A stretch of 64,000 nt of DNA. It comes from Nitrospirales bacterium (GTDB lineage: Bacteria > Nitrospirota > Nitrospiria > Nitrospirales > UBA8639). This document shows positions 51,150 to 64,000 of this stretch, piece after piece (the first letter of the stretch is position 1; every line of letters begins with the position of its first letter). The DNA lies in contig CBDBCZ010000004.1 in the NCBI GenBank assembly GCA_965203295.1, forward strand, positions 26,687 through 90,686, in the 5' to 3' direction. Below the pieces are notes generated by a model. The model was not told the DNA's origin, made no database searches, and saw only the letters and a list, made by a program, of their open reading frames with translations. The position numbers and the translations under genes were made by a program.

Positions 51150-54100
51150 ATTCCAGAGAATTGGGAGAGGTATGATTTTAAGGCTTTACTAAGAGTTTTA
51201 ATCTGGGACACTAGGAAGAATAAATTATATGGCGATCAGGATGGTACTGGTGCAACAACTGGTTGCTCTTGTTATTGTCTTTTGACTGGAGATCTTGCAA
51301 GCTCCGCCTGCGTATGTGGGTGCGTGGTCAATGGCGTAAGCGCTATGGTAGCGACAAGAGTATATTATTGCTATCACACACAATATACAATTTATTTTCC
51401 TTAATTTCAGAGTATGTTTGCAAATTCTATGCTGAACCTGTTACATATCTTAAATGCGTATTCTTGGCACTGAGGTGCTAGTTAGCTAGATCACAAAACT
51501 TCTAGCTATTGTGCTGCAAATATGTAGAGATGCCATCAAAACATTAATGTTTGTTTTCAAACTGGGACTTTCATCATGTTCATGTTGTACTTGAAAGTGT
51601 CACTACAACCTGTTAAATTACGTGACACATTAGAGCATTCATAGTTAGGCAAAGTTTCTTTCCGAGTTAGTTGGTACTCAGAGAACTTTCCTTTAGTAAT
51701 AAGGGCTTCTCGTACGTCTCATTCTTGAAGATATACTGCAGAGAAAGAAAACAATTTCATGAAAACAATCTTACATTATGCAACCACCAAATTTAATGAG
51801 ACCTCTGTCAGGGACTATATTGTTAATTATCATCTCAGCATGTCAGGTACGTTATGTACATGTAGATATGAGTAAGAAACGGACTTGACAAATGCTTTTC
51901 GGTTAACACAGTAGTAAATGGAGACACCACAAATGTCAACTTCTGTTTGGACTGGCAAGGCCAAAAACATTTGTCCTGCCATTTAAACAGCTGTAAACTA
52001 CATGATTAGAACATGTTATAGTGTTCCACCGAGAAGTTCACTACGTACATGTACATACATGTAGGTACATTACATGTAGGTAGATTACTTAGTCAGTCAC
52101 TGTTAGCATTTAGTCTACATGTCTGAATACTTATTATAGGAAATGGTTCATTTAGGGTGTCTATACACAAGGTTTTACTGTAAACATTCATACATGTATA
52201 CATAATATGGTAAATGGGGTGTTTGTTTCCAGACAACATTGTAGTTGCAAGAATCACAGCTACAGTTACAGAAAAGCACATCACACACGGCCAGTTGGGT
52301 GAGTCACTTGCAATTGGAAGTATTAATACCAGATGTGACATGTCTCCCTACCACAAGTTGGAATTGGTCTAATTCAGATACTAACCTGTAAATGGCATTA
52401 TCTATGATTAGGTAATACTTTGTATGCGTGATTTACCTCATTGTCAAGATTATCTTTGGTAGCCATGTAAACGAGTCGAAGCTGCTGAGCATTACAAACC
52501 TGGCCCCAGCCAAACACAATTATATCAATTATTTTCTGGAGAGATAAATATGAGCATAAGCCATTTACTGTACTGAGCGGTGTCCTTTATTTTTGTACCA
52601 CTGCTACTGACTAGTAGCTGTTTTCTACAACCTACTTCTGGACTATGCAGAAGTGCCAAAAAAGGGGAACACACATATCACTGTTCTAGCTAAAGAGTGG
52701 AAGAGTGGTGCTCCACTGCTCTTATGTACACAATTCCCTCTTGATGTGGTTGAAAGAATGTAATTAAACCGCAGCTATGCTTTGATCTCTGAGAAGGCAC
52801 CACTCTTTGCACTTGCCTCTGGCTAGAACACTGCCTATGGCACAAACTTTAACAACCACGTCTGCCCACACATTGTCAGGAGTTCTTGCAAGTGTGCTTA
52901 AAATAGATACGCATGACAGCCAGATATCAGCTAAATATTCCAACCTGCAGTAGCTTTATACTCGCTTCCTATATGACGATACCATCACATACAAACAATT
53001 CAAAGCAATTGTGCTGCTCTGTTGGAACACTGATTACTGTCCATTGGTAAATTATTTTTCCTCTTCATCTTTCTCGACCGCACAGGTATTACGTAAATCA
53101 CAGCGCATACGTGTACATGTACACAACATAGTACTGTCAAATTGCCCAAGATAATACTACTGTCACTGTTGAAGGGAGAGTTTGTGTGTTGCCGCTTACT
53201 ACCCCACATGTATGTGCAAGTGGGTTTAAACAACTACTTTTCTCCATCTGTCCACCCTGTTTATCATGAAAAAAGTCTAGCAGAAGATTTACAAACGTCA
53301 AATCTACTGTATGTACATAAGTGACACACACACACTGGAGTATCCCGATAGGATATATGGTAAAGGACCCCAGACCATGCATTTAACATAAAGAAGAAAG
53401 ACGTAGTGAAACAAAGTAAACAGTCAATATCAACTAGTACCACAAAAGCACTAACTGTTAGTAGTAATGTACAGTTTAAATAAAGGCACCTGTGTCTACC
53501 TTCCCAGGGTGGATTTGATGAGTTGTAAGTTCTTATTCCACTATAGAAACTTAAAATCAGATGAAATCAGAGAAAACTTATAGCTGTCAACCACTCTTCA
53601 CCTGAAAATGATGAAACAAGTAAAAACAGTGGGTAGCTCCAATTCTGTGGCCTGGAGCAGTTTTGTTTCGCAATAGTTGCAAGAGTTTTGGTTGACATTT
53701 GTCCTACAGGTCAGCTGGTCTGTGAGTGAAGCTAGAACACAGCATAAGGCAGCCTCTAGTGCCTTGGTGTGATACACAAAATAACGTAAACTCTGGAACA
53801 AGTGTACTTTTAATCATGGGGTACTTTTCAACAAGTATGGTAGTACAACAGCATGCACAATAAGACTTTTGTTATGGTCTTGACAGTCACTTCTGTGTAT
53901 CTCTAAGCACTCTAGACACTCTAACTAAACAGACTTTCTCCTATATTAAAAATACTGTAAAAAGAGTTAAACATTAGTTGAGTGGAGGTCCAAAAGGCTA
54001 AGTGGTGGTTAGACCCGACCCCTGACGACCAGTGTGGGTAGAACCCTGCTGATCGCCATAGCGCTGTTCTTACATGTGAGCAGTATTTCTTTACACAGTG

Positions 54101-54833
54101 AAGTGCATACTCACAAGGCAGTTCTATGCCCCCACCGACAGCCCATACACCTCCTAATGCAGACCTACATGTAGGTGGACCCGTTATCGTCACTATTCAT
54201 GCTTAACTAGTCACACATGCACTATTTATACATCCCAGTTAATTCATTTGAAAGGGTACTACTATTCAGGCAGAGAAAAGCAACTGGGTTAATGGGTACT
54301 TCATTCATAGGGTACTTGTAATTGATAATTGATGGGTACTTATACTCCAGAGTATAGGGTATTTACTTCCAGCAAAATGATTAGTTGCATCATGATGATC
54401 ATACTTAGTTCCCCATCAGGTACAAATACGCTAAGCCAAAGAAGTCCCATAAAAATCCTAAAGCTACCTCTTCTGAAGAGTGAAGCAGCACTGTGGTATA
54501 CAAATGTCTGAACAGCTTGACGGTCGTGTTTCCCAATACTTTTGCTCCCCCTACCCACTCAAGTTAGAACCTGTAATCACACAGCAGAACTATCATTTGC
54601 AGCAGCCTTTAGCGTAGCGTAGTACTATATGGAAAAGCACAGTGTTCGGATAGTAACAGCAATGCTGAAAGAAAGAACTAAAAACCTGGGTTCGCTACGT
54701 CATTTGCTGTAGCTTGGCCTGCATAGTAACATAGGATGCACTAACAAACTTACATTACATCATCTCTAATACATTTCATTGGAAGGGAGCAGTAGGATAT
54801 AGGGTTGGTACAGTTTTCCACTATTCCATGACG

Positions 54834-55090
54834 CTCTCCTATATTATATAGGGGAAAAATAGTGGAAGTGCCACCAAATTTCTTCCCCTATAATATAGGA
54901 GAGAAATAGTGGATTGCCACTATTTCATTCCCATATAATATAGGAGGGAAATAGTGGAAGTTCCACTAATTCTCTCCCATATACTATAGGAGGGAAATAG
55001 TGGATACCCACTATTTCCCTCCTATATTATATAGGAAAGGAACAGTGGGCATATCACTCTCTTTCTCCTATATTATATAGGAGAAAAAGA
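54834..55090. repeat. Array of ~6 palindromic ~44-bp units
   Basis: CCTATATTATATAGG alternating with AAATAGTGG..CCACTATTT. Confidence 0.9.
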
Positions 55091-55114
55091 GTATATAAGT
55101 ATATACAAAATACA

Positions 55115-55713
55115 TTTTACTAGCCAGAGCGTACGCAGCACACGAACTGCTGGTTCTAAAATTGCCTTAGGTTTTCGGTGTTTGTTTGTTTGCTTGTTTG
55201 TTTGTGCGTCCACACTTATCACATGCCCAATATAATACATCAACTGTTACTATGCAACTATGCAACTGCAGTGTATAGCAGCTTTTGGAGATTTGCAGGC
55301 CAAGCTACAGCAAAATAAGGTAGTTGTGTGGTGCCTAGGCAGCTATAAAGATTCCGTTTTTGTGGTGTATAGCTACTAACTGGAGGCGCACAACAAAACT
55401 GCTGAGTCAGCACTTTCGCTGCACTGCGTTCTACAGCTGCAGTTAGCTTGGCCTAAACTAAGTTGTGTGCATTGTATGGGAAAGGCGCCCGGCTGGTTTT
55501 TTAGACTTGTTATATGTACAAACTGCACGTACAATGTACACAAAATAAATAAAAAGACAAAGTAAGAGATAAAATACAAAAGCAAAAGTAAAAGTAAAAG
55601 AGTCACTGTACCCCATCCACTTTAAACACACAAACAAACAGACAGACGTGGAAAACGTAAACCAATCTTAGGACCAGCCGTTCGTGCACTGTGCGCGCTC
55701 CGGCTGATAAAAA
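55115..55713. mobile_element. ~600-bp element with imperfect ~90-bp inverted ends containing (TTTG)n/(TCTG)n
   Basis: TTTTACTAGCCAGAGCGTACGCAGCACACGAACTGCTGGTTCTAA.. vs the reverse complement of ..TTAGGACCAGCCGTTCGTGCACTGTGCGCGCTCCGGCTGATAAAA. Confidence 0.6.
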
Positions 55714-56405
55714 CTGCTGCTTGGTATAGGATCTTCATTGCCAAAAGGGGAATATCCAGTGTAGAGCTGCTTGTAGCTAAACTATACTATACAAAGAACT
55801 GCAAGGCTAACTTTTCTTTGTGGATGCCAATATAGACTCTTGTTGAAAGAGTTATTCTAACTACACAAAGAATCCAGTTGAGGTAGATGCATTGCATTAT
55901 TCCGGCTATTAAAACCAGCAAGGTGTTCAGTTTGCAGTAGCTCCTCACATGCGTATGATTTTGTATTGTGTGGCTATGTTAAGAATATGCAGCTAAAGAA
56001 TACATTCAAAGTTGTGGAGGACACATTTGACTCTATAAGTGGAATATGCTATACACACATACAAGTAGCTTATTTTGCACATTTCCTGAGTTCCATTTAG
56101 AGATACAGCTGGCTTGAGTAAAGACACATAAGTAAAATTCGGTTTCATAATGGGTTGGCCATATACACTGATTGAGTAGTTTAGTGAATAGATCTACCAA
56201 CAACTTCTCTTAATTCGAGATCGTTAGCATTGGTGTCTCCCCTTAAGTTTCGGTTTTTCGGCTGATGAACTGATATATTTATTGGGATGTAATGCAATTG
56301 TCTGACACCATCTACTGTTTTAGAACCTCCTACTTCCATGTTCTCAGATCTACCAGTACCAAACATACATGTAAACAGGCTATTGATGAAATAGAGGACT
56401 TAGAA

Positions 56406-56544
56406 TAGCCACTTTCCCAGGCTCTACTGCCCAGCTTTTTATTTCCAATGTAGTAAAACAAGTGGTCAGTAAAATGAGCGGTCTGACCGCTTATTTTACT
56501 ACGTGCAAAAAAATGCTGGGCAGTAGAGCCTAAGAACGAGGCTA
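56406..56544. mobile_element. TAGCC..GGCTA MITE related to 12252-12348
   Basis: GGCTCTACTGCCCAGC / GCTGGGCAGTAGAGCC inverted core. Confidence 0.65.
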
Positions 56545-57239
56545 GATCTGGCTAAACTATTTACAGTTATCTTATCTTGCATATTGCCTCTTCCGTTATG
56601 TAATGTCACATCTATTTTTGGTTACTTTTTGGTTATGTCATAGCCTAGCCACACGTCGCCCCGCACTGTTTATTCTTGCACATGGTTTAATTGTTTCCTT
56701 TGTTGTGTTGTCCCTAGCTCTCTTTTGTTCCACTATAGAATTTAATCTGCATTCTTTGTATAAGCATCTGAGTTTTGAGCAGAGATTGATCTGCATGAGT
56801 TTCAGTTAGCATCTACAGTCTCCGTCCATTTGCTCCGCGTTACGGCGCTCGGCCTTCCACAAATATATCCATAATTGTACAAAACACTGGTCTTGTCCCC
56901 AAGTCTTGGCTTTTAATACAGTAAACTGACCCTTAGTCTTGGGGACGATACTAGCTTCATTCTCCACAGAAAATCAGTACATGTATGATGGTTAACTACA
57001 ATATATTATGAGGTTGACATTGTGAACACCAACAGGCAGTAGTCGAGGTGTCAAATTGACACCTCAACATTATTTAAGTTAGGAGTCAACTAAACAGAAT
57101 TATACCACATTACATCATCTACAATAAAAATGATTGGCTAATAAGTATGGGTTACATAGTTTCATAACCCACACTTTTATCAGTTCGCTACGTTGCTACG
57201 CAGAGAAGATTGTACGCATGCGCAACGTAGTATAAATCA

Positions 57240-57371
57240 GATAGACCACACCCACTCGTGTGTTATGCGCTATAACCCACTTGTTTACATTTATCCCTCG
57301 GCTTCGCCTCGGGATAACCGCAAATTCGTGGGTTACATAGGCGCATAACCCACTCTTTGGTGTAGTCTATC
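57240..57371. mobile_element. Small MITE with central CTCGGCTTCGCCTCG motif
   Basis: GATAGACCACACC..TTATGCGC / GCGCATAA..GGTGTAGTCTATC imperfect TIRs. Confidence 0.6.
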
Positions 57372-57661
57372 CTATACCGACACCACGAGAATTAATATAC
57401 TTGCACGAAGTTTATGGTAAGTTTATGGCATAGATAGAAGGACTGTCTATGGTTAAGGGCTAGTGCTGGCACGCGAGACTAGTGTCAAGGTATTCATAGT
57501 AGGATAACTTTCTGCCCTCATAGCCGCTTTACGAAGTCTACCTATGTACTTACCCTGGTAAGGCCTGCTGAGCCCACCCAAATTACGTCCACAAGAAGCA
57601 GCAACAGGACACCGACGACAAGTCCTTTTCTCACCCCACAATAACTCGAGCGCATCATCAT

Positions 57662-57792
57662 TGTGGGAGGGGCTAAGTGTTTTCTTCTATTTGTAAGGGC
57701 GGTCCCAATCGCTATATAACTAAAGATTAGGGAGGGGCTAAGCGCTTTCGTTCGGGGCGGATACTTTACTACCATAGTACAGTCAAAAAGTT
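57662..57792. promoter_or_regulatory. Compact bidirectional promoter between the SLC35F5-like and ADPRH-like start codons
   Basis: 131 bp between divergent ATGs; GGGCGG twice, CCAAT, and GGAGGGGCTAAG twice. Confidence 0.55.
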
Positions 57793-61589
<3,797 letters not shown>

Positions 61590-62290
61590 ACTTATGCAGC
61601 TACATGTACATAATGTGCTCAGATTTTCTTAGACAGCACACATGTACACGTTTAATGTGAAAGTGATGTTTATTTATTGAAACGATATCGATATTGCTTA
61701 ATTATCCGCTACTACATAATGTGCTCAGAATTTCTTAGCCACACATGCTTTTCCTTTCGAGTTATGTAAAACTAGTAATTGTTAAGTCATTGTGGTTTTG
61801 ACCTATATCGGTATACTTATTATTGCTGGAGTTTTCATACACTGATTAGCTATATACACGTATATTGTAGTAAACTATTTATGTATCTTTAATTAATAAA
61901 GTAATTTCCCTTGTACATACTGTTTACGATATACACCATGATTGTAATGAGTTGTACATGTATGCTTTTGTTTGTCCCATAAGCATAGCTTGCATATTAA
62001 ACTTGAATAGACATCAGGATTCTAGTTCCTATTGCATAATAAATGAACAAGGTTCTGTCTCTACAGAATGGCTTTCCATGGCACGGTATGGAAAGAAACA
62101 TGTCAAAAAGTATTTCATTTTCAGTGAACTGCGGTTATAAATCCACAGTTTGAAAGTGTACCCTCTACTCGTACCACCCTTCGTATATAGCAACGTTTTC
62201 TGTTATTGTAAATTATAATTTTACAAAAAAATTATATGTTAGGAGTGCTGTACACTTCTGAAACCACTAATGCTAAATAATCTTATGCAG

Positions 62291-63084
62291 TCAAAAATAG
62301 TAATCTGTCCAAATGGGTACATGTAGTGGGTGAGCTTCATTATTGATGATCCATCTGTCGACTGATATTAAACTACTATCATCAGAAAATAACACTCCTC
62401 AAAGGCCTGAACGATCTTCCAACCCCAATTGCGGTATTGTTCGTCCTTGGTAAGCTGGTAGAGCTAGAACAGAGACTCCACCGTCTCTGGTCGGAGGAGA
62501 TTATGACGATCCAAAGGCTGTAGAAGAATAATAAAACACACTTATGTTGCCGTCAGAGCACTTATGTCATTAACCACACATAATCACAGATGTAGGTGAA
62601 GCTTGCAAGATCTCCAGTCAGAGGGCAAGAAAACCAGAGGTTGCACCGCCCTAAGTTATTCTTCCTAGTACATGTATGAGACTGTAGCCCTACAAAATTA
62701 TTGAGTGTACTAAACTCCACCCCCCAACAGATGAAAAAAGTAGGTCTTCCTTTATAATCCTAGACAGCAATAGGGCCTCTGGTAAATACCCTAAAGAAGA
62801 ATCCCCACTTCTACCATTATCACCTACTGTACACCTAAAATACAAGGTCCTGGGTTCAATCTCCAGCTGGGTCTCGTTTTTTTTTTTCGGGATTCTTTAC
62901 TTTCTCAGAAAGCTTATCATCTCGAAGAGTTTACAATGTACCTTACAATCTCTAGACTGAGTCCGGTTGGCATCTGCTTATACACCTGGTACCAGGTGTA
63001 CAAGAGGCTCTTGGCAATAGTCCTGTATTTCTCATTGTGCACACCCGGGGGCAGAGTGCCAGGAAGATAGCATACTAGATGGTC
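62291..63084 (-). pseudogene. MAN1B1: MAN1B1-like last exons, second copy with a further ~120-bp deletion
   Basis: Paralog of 44718-45632; same TAG stop; the DKMESFF segment is missing at ~62393. Confidence 0.85.
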
Positions 63085-63092
63085 CTGTATGC

Positions 63093-63168
<76 letters not shown>

Positions 63169-64000
63169 GGAAGGAAGTGGGTGGGTTGATATTGATGCTC
63201 TGCAAGTGATACACGCATGCAACACATGCACACACAAAACTAAGTACCTTGTACATGGAGATCGCTGCATGCAATACAAGCTAGGGAACTCCAAAAGCAC
63301 TCAAGGTATATTACGTAGCTATGTACATGTACATGTATAACGTTTGGTGGAGAACAAATCAATACTTTGATGACATACTGAGTACTCATGTACACACCCC
63401 ACATTTGTAGTGCTAGTAGAACTACAGACGTAATTCCATTGGGCACAGCATTGTAAATGAGATTGTGCATATACATAGTTTAGTGTTCCTTAAAAGATGC
63501 ATGGGCAAGGTACATGTAGGTATTGATTTACATCTGGAATTACGTCTGTATTCAGTTAGAGGGAGGCAGTATAAGCCAGACTGCAACGGGCCAATGTAGA
63601 ACCAAAAGACTGATTAGAGTATTTTGATCATTACCTGACCCTAAGAAGTGCAGTAATGGACTTACTACAGGACTCCTGGTACACATACTCCTGACCCGAC
63701 ACTTAAATACTATTCCTGTTTAGTTGCATTGCTATAAGCATGTCGTTGCTATTTATACTACATTACATCATCCAAAAAATGATCTGTTTCACACTGCATT
63801 GATGTCTGCCCAGAGGAAGACTGCAGCCCAGCAGTCAAAACGTCGGCATTTGAAGATGACAAGTTTGAGAAGCCAAATTCGTGAGAAAGAGAACTCCAAA
63901 TATCATGAATTCCGAGAACCAACTGAGATCCTTAAAATTGAGCAGCTAAAACATACCCTCACTACCCACACTTTGTCATATAATTTGTGTTGTTCTCACA

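Larger units (their letters stand above)
48545..51362 (+). mobile_element. Degenerate LINE ORF2 (APE + RT + 3' end), same family as 27310-29945
   Basis: QESW; GCVYMP; LLGDFNAR; NASGNRL; IIDYIV; GVAQGC; many deletions. Confidence 0.9.
51700..57661 (-). pseudogene. SLC35F5: SLC35F5-like transporter 5' exons (57554-57661; exon 2 from 51735, truncated)
   Basis: MMMRSSYCGVRKGLVVGVLLLLLVDVIWVGSAGLTR|YIFKNETYEKP matches the family LLLVDVIWV.S..LT.Y.F...KP motif; the remainder was not found. Confidence 0.65.

Noticed and set aside
52400..54570. Possible exons between the SLC35F5-like exons
   Set aside because: No recognisable motif and no consistent splice or phase chain.

Overview
Eukaryotic, animal-type DNA with short GT-AG introns and dense MITEs; a sponge-like invertebrate is an inference, not proven. 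I could not find a complete, intact protein-coding gene. The window is a nested transposon and pseudogene graveyard built from two tandem segmental duplications. (1) A kinesin-like / LINE / adhesion-GPCR-tail / Helentron block occurs three times between ~8 and ~40 kb. (2) An ADPRH-3'/MAN1B1 block occurs twice (40320-46580 and 58330-64000). Host gene remnants: Tectonic-like, MABP-domain, adhesion GPCR, kinesin-2-like, MAN1B1-like, SLC35F5-like and ADPRH-like. Mobile DNA includes a spliced DDE-integrase element (IS3EU-like), a Penelope-like element with GIY-YIG and a hammerhead ribozyme, a second solitary hammerhead between inverted repeats, and an RPA-carrying Helentron derivative. There are also several LINE copies and many MITEs with readable TSDs of 2, 4, 6, 8 and 9 bp. 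The most striking hidden signals are (a) recurrent TA>TACATGTA-type micro-insertions that look like transposon excision footprints and can be shown by comparing paralogs within the window, and (b) a TGT..ACA element with 56-bp TIRs and a 6-bp TSD that splits ADPRH and whose left end is the exact breakpoint of a duplication. All protein assignments are by eye from motifs; no searches were run.
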